NCBI RefSeq assembly: GCF_023055435.1 | Contig: NW_025963802.1 | Span: 614,355 to 678,354, forward strand | Source: Haliotis rufescens | Lineage: Eukaryota | Reading direction: 5' to 3' | Length of the DNA stretch: 64,000 nt | In this document: positions 1 to 13,765 of the stretch, piece by piece | How the letters are laid out: every line of letters begins with the position of its first letter | Position numbering within the stretch: the stretch's first letter is position 1 | The notes under the pieces: model-generated | Seen by the model: only the letters and a program-made list of their open reading frames with translations | What the model was told of the DNA's origin: nothing | Database searches by the model: none | Position numbers and translations under genes: made by a program

Positions 1-3000
1 GAAGTGGGACAGAAGTGATGTGTGACAGAAGTGATGTGTGAACTGGGACAGACGTCATGTGTGAAGACCAGAAGTGATGTGTGAAGTGGGACAGAAGTGA
101 TGTGTGAAGTGGGCCCGATGTGATGTGTGAAGACCAGAAGTGATGTGTGAAGTGGGACAGACGTGATGTGTGAAGACCAGAAGTGATGTGTGAAGTGGGA
201 CAGAAGTGATGTGTCAAGTGGGACAGAAGTGAAGTGGGACAGAAGGGTTGTGTGATGTGGGACAGAAGTGATGTGTGAAGTGGGACAGAAATGTTGTGTG
301 AAGTGGGGCAGAAGTGAAGTGGGACAGAAGTGTTGTGTGAAGTGGGGCAGAAGTGATGTGTGAAGTGGGACAGAAGTGATGTGTGAAGTGGGACAGAAGT
401 GATGTGCGAAGTGGCTCAGAAGTGATGTGTGAAGTGGGACAGAAGTGATGTGTGACAGAAGGGTTGTGTGATGTGGGACAGAAGTGATGTGTGAAGTGGG
501 ACAGAAATGTTGTGTGAAGTGGGACAGAAGTGTTGTGTGAAGTGGGACAGAAGTGAAGTGTGAAGTGGGACAGAAGTGTTGTGTGAAGTGGGACAGAAGT
601 GTTGTGTGAAGTGGGACAGAAGTGATGTGTGAAGTGGGACAGAAGTGATGTGTGACAGAAGTGATGTGTGAACTGGGACAGACGTCATGTGTGAAGACCA
701 GAAGTGATGTGTGAAGTGGGACAGAAGTGATGTGTGAAGTGGGCCCGATGTGATGTGTGAAGACCAGAAGTGATGTGTGAAGTGGGACAGACGTGATGTG
801 TGAAGACCAGAAGTGATCTGTGAAGTGGGACAGAAGTGATGTGTCAAGTGGGACAGAAGTGAAGTGGGACAGAAGGGTTGTGTGATGTGGGACAGAAGTG
901 ATGTGTGAAGTGGGACAGAAATGTTGTGTGAAGTGGGGCAGAAGTGAAGTGGGACAGAAGTGTTGTGTGAAGTGGGGCAGAAGTGATGTGTGAAGTGGGA
1001 CAGAAGTGTTGTGTGAAGTGGGACAGAAGTGATGTGTGAAGTGGGACAGAAGTGATGTGCGAAGTGGCTCAGAAGTGATGTGTGAAGTGGGACAGAAGTG
1101 ATGTGTGAAGTGGGACAGATGTGTTGTGTGAAGTGGGACAGAAGTGATGTGTGAAGTAGGACAGAAGTGATGTGTGAAGTGGGACAGAAGCGATGTGTGA
1201 AGTGGGACAGAAGTTTTGTGTGAAGTGGGACAGAAGTGATGTGTGAAGTGGGACAGAAGTGATGTGTGAAGTGGGACGGAAATGTTGTGTGAAGACCAGA
1301 AGTGTTGTGTGAAGACCAGAAAAGATGTGTCAAGTGGGACAGAAGTGATGTGTGAAGTGGGAGAGAAGTGTTGTGTGAAGTGGGACAGAAAGGATGTGTG
1401 AAGTGGGACAGAAGTGATGTGTGAAGTGGGACAGAAGTGATGTGTGAAGTGGGACAGAAGTGATGTGTCAAGTGGGACAGAAGTGTTGTGTGAAGTGGGA
1501 CAGAAAGGATGTGTGAAGTGGGACAGAAGTGTTGTGTGAAGTGGGACAGAAGTGATGTGTGAAGTGGGACAGAAGTGATGTGTGAAGTGGGACAGAAGTG
1601 AAGTGGGACAGAAGTGATGTATGAAGTGGGACAGAAGTGTTGTGTGAAGTGGGACAGAAGTGAAGTGGGACAGAAGTGATGTGTGAAGTTGGACAGAAGT
1701 GATGTGTGATGTGGGACAGAAGTGTTGTGTGAAGTGGGACAGAAGTGATGTGTGAAGACCAGAAGTGATGGGTGAAGTGGGACAGAAGTGATGGGTGAAG
1801 TGGGACAGACGTGATGTGTGAAGTGGGACAGAAGTGTTGTGTGAAGTGGGACAGAAGTGATGTGTGAAGTGGGACAGAAGTGATGTGTGAAGTGGGACAG
1901 AAGTGTTGTGTGAAGTGGGCCCGATGTGCTTGTGAAGACCAGAAGTGATGTGTGAAGTGGGACAGAAGTGATGTGTGAAGTGGGACAGACGTGATGTGTG
2001 AAGTGGGACAGAAGTGATGTGTGAAGTGGGAGAGAAGTGTTGTGTGAAGTGGGCCCGATGTGCTGGTGAAGACCAGAAGTGATGTGTGAAGTGGGACAGA
2101 AGTGATGTGTGAAGTGGGACAGACGTGATGTGTGAAGTGGGAGAGAAGTGATGTGTGAAGTGGGACAGAAGTGTTGTGTGAAGTGGGCCCAATGTGCTGG
2201 TGAAGACCAGAAGTGATGTGTGAAGTGGAACAGAAGTGAAGTGTGAAGTGGGACAGAAGTGATGTGTGAAGTGGGACAGAAGTGTTGTGTGAAGTGGGAC
2301 AGAAGTGTTGTGTGAAGTGGGACAGAAGTGTTGTGTGAACTGGGACAGAAGTGATGTGTGAAGACCAGAAGTGATGTGTGAAGTGGGACAGAAGTGATGT
2401 GTGAAGTGGGACAGAAGTGTTGTGTGAAGTGGGCCCGATGTGCTTGTGAAGACCAGAAGTGATGTGTGAAGTGGGACAGAAGTGATGTGTGAAGTGGGAC
2501 AGAAGTGATGTGTGAAGTGGGACAGAAGTGATGTGTGAAGTGGGACAGAAGTGTTGTGTGAAGTGGGACAGAAGTGATGTGTGAAGTGGGACAGAAGTGA
2601 TGTGTGAAGTGGGACAGACGTGATGTGTGAAGTGGGACAGAAGTGATGTGTGAACTGGGACAGACGTGATGTGTGAACTGGGACAGACGTGATGTGTGAA
2701 GTGGGAAAGAAGTGAAGTGTGAAGTGGGACAGAAGTGAAGTGTGAAGTGGGACAGAAGTGATGTGTGAAGTGGGACAGAAGTGATGTGTGAAGTGGGACA
2801 GAAGTGTTGTGTGAAATGGGACAGAATTGATGTGTGAACTGGGACAGACGTGATGTGTGAAGTGGGACAGAAGTGATGTGTGAAGACCAGAAGTGATGTG
2901 TGAACTGGGACAGACGTGATGTGTGAAGACCAGAAGTGATGTGTGAAGTGGGACAAAAGTGTTGTGTGAAGTGGGCCCGATGTGCTTGTGAAGACCAGAA

Positions 3001-6000
3001 GTGATGTGTGAAGTGGGACAGAAGTGATGTGTGAAGTGGGACAGAAGTGATGTGTGAAGTGGGACAGAATTGATGTGTGAAGTGGGACAGAAGTGATGTG
3101 TGAAGTAGGACAGAAGTGATGTGTGAAGTGGGACAGAAGTGATGTGTGAAGTGGGACAGAATTGATGTGTGAAGTGGGACAGAAGTGATGTGTGAAGTGG
3201 GACAGAATTGATGTGTGAAGTGGGACAGAAGTGATGTGTGAAGTGGGACAGAAGTGATGTGTGAAGTGGGACAGAATTGATGTGTGAAGTGGGACAGAAG
3301 TGATGTGTGAAGTAGGACAGAAGTGATGTGTGAAGTGGGACAGAAGTGATGTGTGAAGTGGGACAGAATTGATGTGTGAAGTGGGACAGAAGTGATGTGT
3401 GAAGTGGGACAGAATTGATGTGTGAAGTGGGACAGAAGTGATGTGTGAAGTGGGACAGAATTGATGTGTGAAGTGGGACAGAATTGATGTGTGAAGTGGG
3501 ACAGAAGTGATGTGTGAAGTGGGACAGAAGTGATGTGTGAAGTGGGACAGAAGTGATGTGTGAACTGGGACAGACGTGATGTGTGAAGTGGGACAGAAGT
3601 GTTGTGTGAAGTGGGACAGAAGTGATGTGTGACAGAAGGGTTGTGTGATGTGGGACAGAAGTGATGTGTGAAGTGGGACAGAAATGTTGTGTGAAGTGGG
3701 ACAGAAGTGTTGTGTGAAGTGGGACAGAAGTGATGTGTGAAGTGGGACAGAAGTGTTGTGTGAAGTGGGACAGAAGTGTTGTGTGAAGTGGGACAGAAGT
3801 GATGTGTGACAGAAGTGATGTGTGAACTGGGACAGACGTCATGTGTGAAGACCAGAAGTGATGTGTGAAGTGGGACAGAAGTGATGTGTGAAGTGGGCCC
3901 GATGTGATGTGTGAAGACCAGAAGTGATGTGTGAAGTGGGACAGACGTGATGTGTGAAGACCAGAAGTGATGTGTGAAGTGGGACAGAAGTGATGTGTCA
4001 AGTGGGACAGAAGTGAAGTGGGACAGAAGGGTTGTGTGATGTGGGACAGAAGTGATGTGTGAAGTGGGACAGAAATGTTGTGTGAAGTGGGGCAGAAGTG
4101 AAGTGGGACAGAAGTGTTGTGTGAAGTGGGGCAGAAGTGATGTGTGAAGTGGGACAGAAGTGATGTGTGAAGTGGGACAGAAGTGATGTGCGAAGTGGCT
4201 CAGAAGTGATGTGTGAAGTGGGACAGAAGTGATGTGTGACAGAAGGGTTGTGTGATGTGGGACAGAAGTGATGTGTGAAGTGGGACAGAAATGTTGTGTG
4301 AAGTGGGACAGAAGTGTTGTGTGAAGTGGGACAGAAGTGAAGTGTGAAGTGGGACAGAAGTGTTGTGTGAAGTGGGACAGAAGTGTTGTGTGAAGTGGGA
4401 CAGAAGTGATGTGTGAAGTGGGACAGAAGTGATGTGTGACAGAAGTGATGTGTGAACTGGGACAGACGTCATGTGTGAAGACCAGAAGTGATGTGTGAAG
4501 TGGGACAGAAGTGATGTGTGAAGTGGGCCCGATGTGATGTGTGAAGACCAGAAGTGATGTGTGAAGTGGGACAGACGTGATGTGTGAAGACCAGAAGTGA
4601 TCTGTGAAGTGGGACAGAAGTGATGTGTCAAGTGGGACAGAAGTGAAGTGGGACAGAAGGGTTGTGTGATGTGGGACAGAAGTGATGTGTGAAGTGGGAC
4701 AGAAATGTTGTGTGAAGTGGGGCAGAAGTGAAGTGGGACAGAAGTGTTGTGTGAAGTGGGGCAGAAGTGATGTGTGAAGTGGGACAGAAGTGTTGTGTGA
4801 AGTGGGACAGAAGTGATGTGTGAAGTGGGACAGAAGTGATGTGCGAAGTGGCTCAGAAGTGATGTGTGAAGTGGGACAGAAGTGATGTGTGAAGTGGGAC
4901 AGATGTGTTGTGTGAAGTGGGACAGAAGTGATGTGTGAAGTAGGACAGAAGTGATGTGTGAAGTGGGACAGAAGCGATGTGTGAAGTGGGACAGAAGTTT
5001 TGTGTGAAGTGGGACAGAAGTGATGTGTGAAGTGGGACAGAAGTGATGTGTGAAGTGGGACGGAAATGTTGTGTGAAGACCAGAAGTGTTGTGTGAAGAC
5101 CAGAAAAGATGTGTCAAGTGGGACAGAAGTGATGTGTGAAGTGGGAGAGAAGTGTTGTGTGAAGTGGGACAGAAAGGATGTGTGAAGTGGGACAGAAGTG
5201 ATGTGTGAAGTGGGACAGAAGTGATGTGTGAAGTGGGACAGAAGTGATGTGTCAAGTGGGACAGAAGTGTTGTGTGAAGTGGGACAGAAAGGATGTGTGA
5301 AGTGGGACAGAAGTGTTGTGTGAAGTGGGACAGAAGTGATGTGTGAAGTGGGACAGAAGTGATGTGTGAAGTGGGACAGAAGTGAAGTGGGACAGAAGTG
5401 ATGTATGAAGTGGGACAGAAGTGTTGTGTGAAGTGGGACAGAAGTGAAGTGGGACAGAAGTGATGTGTGAAGTTGGACAGAAGTGATGTGTGATGTGGGA
5501 CAGAAGTGTTGTGTGAAGTGGGACAGAAGTGATGTGTGAAGACCAGAAGTGATGTGTGAAGTGGGACAGAAGTGATGGGTGAAGTGGGACAGACGTGATG
5601 TGTGAAGTGGGACAGAAGTGTTGTGTGAAGTGGGACAGAAGTGATGTGTGAAGTGGGACAGAAGTGATGTGTGAAGTGGGACAGAAGTGTTGTGTGAAGT
5701 GGGCCCGATGTGCTTGTGAAGACCAGAAGTGATGTGTGAAGTGGGACAGAAGTGATGTGTGAAGTGGGACAGACGTGATGTGTGAAGTGGGACAGAAGTG
5801 ATGTGTGAAGTGGGAGAGAAGTGTTGTGTGAAGTGGGCCCGATGTGCTGGTGAAGACCAGAAGTGATGTGTGAAGTGGGACAGAAGTGATGTGTGAAGTG
5901 GGACAGACGTGATGTGTGAAGTGGGAGAGAAGTGATGTGTGAAGTGGGACAGAAGTGTTGTGTGAAGTGGGCCCAATGTGCTGGTGAAGACCAGAAGTGA

Positions 6001-9000
6001 TGTGTGAAGTGGAACAGAAGTGAAGTGTGAAGTGGGACAGAAGTGATGTGTGAAGTGGGACAGAAGTGTTGTGTGAAGTGGGACAGAAGTGTTGTGTGAA
6101 GTGGGACAGAAGTGTTGTGTGAACTGGGACAGAAGTGATGTGTGAAGACCAGAAGTGATGTGTGAAGTGGGACAGAAGTGATGTGTGAAGTGGGACAGAA
6201 GTGTTGTGTGAAGTGGGCCCGATGTGCTTGTGAAGACCAGAAGTGATGTGTGAAGTGGGACAGAAGTGATGTGTGAAGTGGGACAGAAGTGATGTGTGAA
6301 GTGGGACAGAAGTGATGTGTGAAGTGGGACAGAAGTGTTGTGTGAAGTGGGACAGAAGTGATGTGTGAAGTGGGACAGAAGTGATGTGTGAAGTGGGACA
6401 GACGTGATGTGTGAAGTGGGACAGAAGTGATGTGTGAACTGGGACAGACGTGATGTGTGAACTGGGACAGACGTGATGTGTGAAGTGGGAAAGAAGTGAA
6501 GTGTGAAGTGGGACAGAAGTGAAGTGTGAAGTGGGACAGAAGTGATGTGTGAAGTGGGACAGAAGTGATGTGTGAAGTGGGACAGAAGTGTTGTGTGAAA
6601 TGGGACAGAATTGATGTGTGAACTGGGACAGACGTGATGTGTGAAGTGGGACAGAAGTGATGTGTGAAGACCAGAAGTGATGTGTGAACTGGGACAGACG
6701 TGATGTGTGAAGACCAGAAGTGATGTGTGAAGTGGGACAAAAGTGTTGTGTGAAGTGGGCCCGATGTGCTTGTGAAGACCAGAAGTGATGTGTGAAGTGG
6801 GACAGAAGTGATGTGTGAAGTGGGACAGAAGTGATGTGTGAAGTGGGACAGAATTGATGTGTGAAGTGGGACAGAAGTGATGTGTGAAGTAGGACAGAAG
6901 TGATGTGTGAAGTGGGACAGAAGTGATGTGTGAAGTGGGACAGAATTGATGTGTGAAGTGGGACAGAAGTGATGTGTGAAGTGGGACAGAATTGATGTGT
7001 GAAGTGGGACAGAAGTGATGTGTGAAGTGGGACATAAGTGATGTGTGAAGTGGGACAGAATTGATGTGTGAAGTGGGACAGAAGTGATGTGTGAAGTAGG
7101 ACAGAAGTGATGTGTGAAGTGGGACAGAAGTGATGTGTGAAGTGGGACAGAATTGATGTGTGAAGTGGGACAGAAGTGATGTGTGAAGTGGGACAGAAGT
7201 GATGTGTGAAGTGGGACAGAATTGATGTGTGAAGTGGGACAGAAGTGTTGTGTGAAGTGGGACAGAAGTGATGTGTGACAGAAGTGATGTGTGAACTGGG
7301 ACAGACGTCATGTGTGAAGACCAGAAGTGATGTGTGAAGTGGGACAGAAGTGATGTGTGAAGTGGGCCCGATGTGATGTGTGAAGACCAGAAGTGATGTG
7401 TGAAGTGGGACAGACGTGATGTGTGAAGACCAGAAGTGATGTGTGAAGTGGGACAGAAGTGATGTGTCAAGTGGGACAGAAGTGAAGTGGGACAGAAGGG
7501 TTGTGTGATGTGGGACAGAAGTGATGTGTGAAGTGGGACAGAAATGTTGTGTGAAGTGGGGCAGAAGTGAAGTGGGACAGAAGTGTTGAGTGAAGTGGGG
7601 CAGAAGTGATGTGTGAAGTGGGACAGAAGTGATGTGTGAAGTGGGACAGAAGTGATGTGCGAAGTGGCTCAGAAGTGATGTGTGAAGTGGGACAGAAGTG
7701 ATGTGTGACAGAAGGGTTGTGTGATGTGGGACAGAAGTGATGTGTGAAGTGGGACAGAAATGTTGTGTGAAGTGGGACAGAAGTGTTGTGTGAAGTGGGA
7801 CAGAAGTGAAGTGTGAAGTGGGACAGAAGTGTTGTGTGAAGTGGGACAGAAGTGTTGTGTGAAGTGGGACAGAAGTGATGTGTGAAGTGGGACAGAAGTG
7901 ATGTGTGACAGAAGTGATGTGTGAACTGGGACAGACGTCATGTGTTAAGACCAGAAGTGATGTGTGAAGTGGGACAGAAGTGATGTGTGAAGTGGGCCCG
8001 ATGTGATGTGTGAAGACCAGAAGTGATGTGTGAAGTGGGACAGACGTGATGTGTGAAGACCAGAAGTGATCTGTGAAGTGGGACAGAAGTGATGTGTCAA
8101 GTGGGACAGAAGTGAAGTGGGACAGAAGGGTTGTGTGATGTGGGACAGAAGTGATGTGTGAAGTGGGACAGAAATGTTGTGTGAAGTGGGGCAGCAGTGA
8201 AGTGGGACAGAAGTGTTGTGTGAAGTGGGGCAGAAGTGATGTGTGAAGTGGGACAGAAGTGTTGTGTGAAGTGGGACAGAAGTGATGTGTGAAGTGGCTC
8301 AGAAGTGATGTGTGAAGTGGGACAGAAGTGATGTGTGAAGTGGGACAGATGTGTTGTGTGAAGTGGGACAGAAGTGATGTGTGAAGTAGGACAGAAGTGA
8401 TGTGTGAAGTGGGACAGAAGCGATGTGTGAAGTGGGACAGAAGTTTTGTGTGAAGTGGGACAGAAGTGATGTGTGAAGTGGGACAGAAGTGATGTGTGAA
8501 GTGGGACGGAAATGTTGTGTGAAGACCAGAAGTGTTGTGTGAAGACCAGAAAAGATGTGTCAAGTGGGACAGAAGTGATGTGTGAAGTGGGAGAGAAGTG
8601 TTGTGTGAAGTGGGACAGAAATGATGTGTGAAGTGGGACAGAAGTGATGTGTGAAGTGGGACAGAAGTGATGTGTGAAGTGGGACAGAAGTGATGTGTCA
8701 AGTGGGACAGAAGTGTTGTGTGAAGTGGGACAGAAAGGATGTGTGAAGTGGGACAGAAGTGTTGTGTGAAGTGGGACAGAAGTGATGTGTGAAGTGGGAC
8801 AGAAGTGATGTGTGAAGTGGGACAGAAGTGAAGTGGGACAGAAGTGATGTATGAAGTGGGACAGAAGTGTTGTGTGAAGTGGGACAGAAGTGAAGTGGGA
8901 CAGAAGTGATGTGTGAAGTTGGACAGAAGTGATGTGTGAAGTGGGACAGAAGTGTTGTGTGAAGTGGGACAGAAGTGATGTGTGAAGACCAGAAGTGATG

Positions 9001-10210
9001 GGTGAAGTGGGACAGAAGTGATGGGTGAAGTGGGACAGACGTGATGTGTGAAGTGGGACAGAAGTGTTGTGTGAAGTGGGACAGAAGTGATGTGTGAAGT
9101 GGGACAGAAGTGATGTGTGAAGTGGGACAGAAGTGTTGTGTGAAGTGGGCCCGATGTGCTTGTGAAGACCAGAAGTGATGTGTGAAGTGGGACAGAAGTG
9201 ATGTGTGAAGTGGGACAGACGTGATGTGTGAAGTGGGACAGAAGTGATGTGTGAAGTGGGAGAGAAGTGTTGTGTGAAGTGGGCCCGATGTGCTGGTGAA
9301 GACCAGAAGTGATGTGTGAAGTGGGACAGAAGTGATGTGTGAAGTGGGACAGACGTGATGTGTGAAGTGGGAGAGAAGTGATGTGTGAAGTGGGACAGAA
9401 GTGTTGTGTGAAGTGGGCCCAATGTGCTGGTGAAGACCAGAAGTGATGTGTGAAGTGGAACAGAAGTGAAGTGTGAAGTGGGACAGAAGTGATGTGTGAA
9501 GTGGGACAGAAGTGTTGTGTGAAGTGGGACAGAAGTGTTGTGTGAAGTGGGACAGAAGTGTTGTGTGAACTGGGACAGAAGTGATGTGTGAAGACCAGAA
9601 GTGATGTGTGAAGTGGGACAGAAGTGATGTGTGAAGTGGGACAGAAGTGTTGTGTGAAGTGGGCCCGATGTGCTTGTGAAGACCAGAAGTGATGTGTGAA
9701 GTGGGACAGAAGTGATGTGTGAAGTGGGACAGAAGTGATGTGTGAAGTGGGACAGAAGTGATGTGTGAAGTGGGACAGAAGTGTTGTGTGAAGTGGGACA
9801 GAAGTGATGTGTGAAGTGGGACAGAAGTGATGTGTGAAGTGGGACAGAAGTGAAGTGGGACAGAAGTGTTGTGTGAAGTGGGACAGAAGTGTTGCGTGAA
9901 GTGGGACAGAAGTGATGTGTGAAGACCAGAAGTGATGTGTGAAGTGGGACAGAAGTGATGGGTGAAGTGGGACAGACGTGATGTGTGAAGTGGGACAGAA
10001 GTGATGTGTGAAGTGGGACAGACGTGATGTGTGAAGTGGGACAGAAGTGATGTGTGAAGTGGGACAGAAGTGTTGTGTGAAGTGGGTCCGATGTGCTTGT
10101 GAAGACCAGAAGTGATGTGTGAAGTGGGACAGAAATGATGTGTGAACTGGGACAGAAGTGTTGTGTGAAGTGGGACAGAAGTGATGTGTGAAGACCAGAA
10201 GTGATGTGTG
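1..10210. repeat. Tandem satellite with a 23-bp monomer (GTGAAGTGGGACAGAAGTGATGT). Variant monomers include GAAGACCAGAA (20 bp) and a 16-bp form, and the array is organised into a higher-order repeat of about 3.78 kb. It continues past the left edge of the window.
   Basis: Direct reading shows 23-bp periodicity across the whole interval. The identical 846-aa ORFs at 416..2956 and 4200..6740 give an exact 3784-bp offset. The block at 1-420 recurs at 644-1070, 3781 and 7261. The array ends abruptly at about 10210 into GA-rich sequence. Confidence 0.97.
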
Positions 10211-12086
10211 AAGAGAAAAAGATAGAAAGAGAAAGAGAAAGAAGGCTGTGTGACTCAGTTCAATGCATGTCCTGGCCTATCAATTGGTTAGATCAACCCT
10301 GGTGATGTCAATCATAGGATTGTCTTTACATTCTCAAAATACAGACCGCCATCATATTGCTGACTGCTGCACTAAACAACATTCAATCACTAACACACTC
10401 ATTTGACAATAATCCTGAAACAAACAAAGCCATGGTGGAAAAGAGATCAATTTATTTACTTCTTAATCTTTGTAAGGACAGCTCCAATTCACAAGTAGTG
10501 TTCTACAGCAGTAGAGCAGGATTACTGTGATACCAAAAAATTGAGGTGATACTGTTTCTAAAATGTTGACAAATGCCAAGATCCAACATAAGGTATTGTG
10601 GGGTCTCATACACTGAACCCTATATTCATGAAACCATTGTCAAAAGGAACATCACCGCAAGCAGTAGGTGAGTTCTCTCCCTTTGTCCACGTTCCTGACA
10701 GGCATCATGGTCTGCCTACTTGTGGTGAATAGGCCAAGGGGACTGACTGCAAATTTAAAAAATGTGACAGCATCTAATTCACAGGAACAATTGTCAGAAA
10801 TAGCACTGTGCCAAACTGAAATAGCCAACAAGGTCCAAACACTTTGTTCCTTGAAGAAATAATTCACTATTGATGAAAATTCTTAAAATAATTCATCTTT
10901 TTTTCTAACGAAGGCAGAACCTGACATATTCACAGACTTGTGACAGGCTACCTTTAAACCATGAAACTTTTTTATTTACCTGTCCACTCTAATTTTGATG
11001 GATAAGAAAAGTTTCAAGGACAAATGCAAGAACATGTTAACTCAATTTTGTTACAATAACGGTTCAAATGCATAGTATACCTGTTATCTCAGGCAAAGGC
11101 AAACACAACACATTCAATACAAGCCTTTCTCGGCGATAATTGAACACCTGTAATGGTAGAGATAAACACAGGTTTATCCACTACCATGTTTACCTGATCA
11201 ACACATACAATGTCATACAAACACACACACACAATATTTTGACCAACCCATGCCACCTGTTCATAAAAACTTCTGTAAATCATACATTATTTTTTAAATC
11301 CCAGACTGTAGACTGTACTGCCACCTTTTTCATGAACACTTTCAGTTATATTTAGCACTATAACTTAAGGAAACCCTAAAACAACATCCCCCCCTGATCT
11401 TGACAGCAGGAATCTCATGAACCCAATATACAGCCAAGGCACTAACAGGCAAGCAGACTTCCCCCAGATGCAAAAGCCTGAGTTCAGAGCTCCAGATAAG
11501 CTGCGTATCTGCGTGAAATACGCATCAGAAATGCAGAAATACACAGTAAAATATAATCCAAGCATATCAAATATGCAACGAACATTACAGATATGCTACA
11601 AAAATAAAACTTGTGCGTATCATCAAAATATTGTGAAATAACCCTGTGTATTCGATTAGCAAACCAGCAACTTATTTTGAAATTATAAACGGGCATTCCG
11701 TCAACCTTGCCAAACTCCACGATGACAGTTACATCATGATCATTTGCCATCACACTTTCTTGTGGAAGTATCGTGGTATTTTTGAGTCCTATAAAGCTCT
11801 CGAACCCCCACGACACCAGTTTGCAGGGACTAGATGAATAGTGTTTTTAAATATTTAACTTAAATACCCACATGTGTAAAAACTAGTGGGTAACAGAAAT
11901 TTGAATACGCAGATAGAATTACTGATACCCAATGATTTTAAAATGCATGGGTAAAATACCCACAACACCAAAAGCTTATCTGGAGCTCTGTGAGTTAAAT
12001 GCAAATCATGTTATCACATGTTATTTGGTGATAATGTCTGATAATGTGTGGTGATTATGTCTCATAATGTCTGGTGCTTTCACCAA

Positions 12087-12873
12087 TCACTGCCGCCTGA
12101 TCCGGCGCCTCTGTACACCATTGTAAGGTTGGTACCGACAACGGTTGAAGTCCACATGCCGAGCCGTTTGTTCGAAGTTGTTGTTGCTGTACGGCTGCCA
12201 CTGGAAGTTGTCCCTGGATCCAAGGTCTGTCGCATAGCTGTTGTCCTCCATGCTGCGGCTGTACCCACAATCGTTTCTCAGCTTCCTGTTGGTGTCCATT
12301 ATCTGTCTGTTCAGAGTGCCGCGGTTGATGTTCATGGGGTTGATGTCCTTCAACATACGGTTCACGTCAAGATTGAGTGGGCGACGTTGGGACCGAAGAC
12401 CTTGTTCCTGCCTGTTCAAAGCTCTGGAAGGAATGGTGTTACTTCCAAATCGGAATACCTCTGGGTTCTTTTCCTGGTTTTTCTGGACGTTACCAGGGAG
12501 AAGAAAGCCCCAGGCATCCGAGATGTGAGTAAGCAGCAGGTTGGTCATACGCCGGTGAGCCGTCATGTCCCAGTGTATGCCATCATCGGCACGACGGTGA
12601 AGCTGATAACGCAGGAAGTAATGCAGGTCAAGGACATCGAAGTCGTTTTCAACCACGACCTTGGCTGCATAATAGTTGGCTTCCAGGATGTCCAAACGCA
12701 GAGTGGAGTTCATGAATTCAATCTCAGGAATAATGAAACCTCCCCTAGCATTCTTTGAAATGGGAAGTGTGGTGTTCCAGATGACCAGACAGTCAGCAGG
12801 CAGCACCTCCTTGAACCGCCGGAACAGGGTCTTCAGGTTCTCTTTGTATTCATCGATTGCTCTCACACCATAC
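12087..12873 (-). CDS. PCED1-like terminal exon. Encodes (R)YGVRAIDEYKENLK...DGIHWDMTAHRRMTNLLLTHISDAWG... through to the stop codon.
   Basis: The acceptor is ctgttgcag|GTATGGTGTGAGAGCAATC. The ORF 12087..12866 continues in frame to a TGA at 12087-12089. The sequence DGIHW...HRR resembles the SGNH block V region, and the C-terminal part is low-complexity. Confidence 0.8.
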
Positions 12874-13196
12874 CTGCAACAGAGAAATGTAGGAACTAAC
12901 TAACAACATATATCTGCTCACAATCACTGAACAGCTCATTGCCACCTGGAGATTCACAAAAAAAGAATTTATTCAAGAGAATATCCTGAGCTGACGTTGA
13001 TGCCAATTTCATGTTCAGCTGTGATATCATGATGAGTTAGAAATCTGGGAAGGTCTTGACAATAAACACTAGTATTTCAATAACATGAAGGTATTTGGGG
13101 GGTTTTATCACCTAGATTAAATTTAATCTAAAATCTTTAAATTTAAATGTGTGTGTGTGTGTGTGTCAAACCCCATGATAACCTATGAGTTAAACC

Positions 13197-13351
13197 AGCC
13201 ATAGAAACTAACAGTTTTAGTCCACTAGTCCTTTTCATGATAACATGTAGCAAAACCTTTAAAAAGGGCAACTTTCTACTAATCCTTATGATACCTTAAC
13301 TATTGGGCATTTGGCAAGGACTACAGGACTAGTGCCAATTTCTACGCAGGG
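13197..13351. mobile_element. MITE-like repeat of about 155 bp (agaaactaacagttttagtccactagtcc...ggactagtgccaatttctaac), copy 1 of 3.
   Basis: Three near-identical copies lie at 13197, 17393 and 22037. The termini are short inverted repeats (ttagaaa / tttctaa), and ctagtcc motifs are repeated internally. Confidence 0.6.
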
Positions 13352-13765
13352 AAAACATCAACTTTTTCAGTTCACATGTCATTTGAACTAAAGCAAAATG
13401 TTCTCTTCATTAGGCATTTCTCCCTGAGCTCACTACAATCAGGATGATTGATAGTAATTCTGGCACAAAGTGTTATTTTACAAGTTCAAAACACTGAGAT
13501 CATATTTTCAGATAAATCTAGCATTTCATAACAAAAAGAATAAAAAGTATGGTTATCAAATAACAGGTATAACAAATACCATGATAAAGGTAACAAATAA
13601 AATCAGAATCTGTTGGGGTAATTTAAGGATAAATATGCAAATGAAAAAGGTCAGACAAGTACTTCTTTCAGTGATTACAAATTTGGAATCGCCTTTGTCT
13701 TTCGGTTATCAAGTCAGAATTGACCATCAGGGATCAAGACATAATTGAGATAATTGTCCGCTTGT

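Noticed and set aside
416-9422. Very long minus-strand ORFs in the satellite (846 aa twice, 2000 aa, 1149 aa, 441 aa, 90 aa) with HFTHHFCPTSHITSVPLHTSLLS-like periodicity.
   Set aside because: They are translations of a 23-bp tandem repeat. Three monomers make 69 nt, or 23 codons, so a stop-free frame persists. The identical ORFs simply reflect higher-order repeat copies, with no coding signal beyond the periodicity.
10652-11837. A cluster of small ORFs of 60-110 aa on both strands just right of the satellite.
   Set aside because: They are short, overlap each other on opposite strands, and have AT-rich composition without splice or start context. They are treated as non-coding.
12048-12758. 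A 236-aa plus-strand ORF, and several 60-95-aa ORFs, overlapping the PCED1-like terminal exon.
   Set aside because: They are antisense to a well-supported exon that has family-specific motifs. They have no start context or homology.
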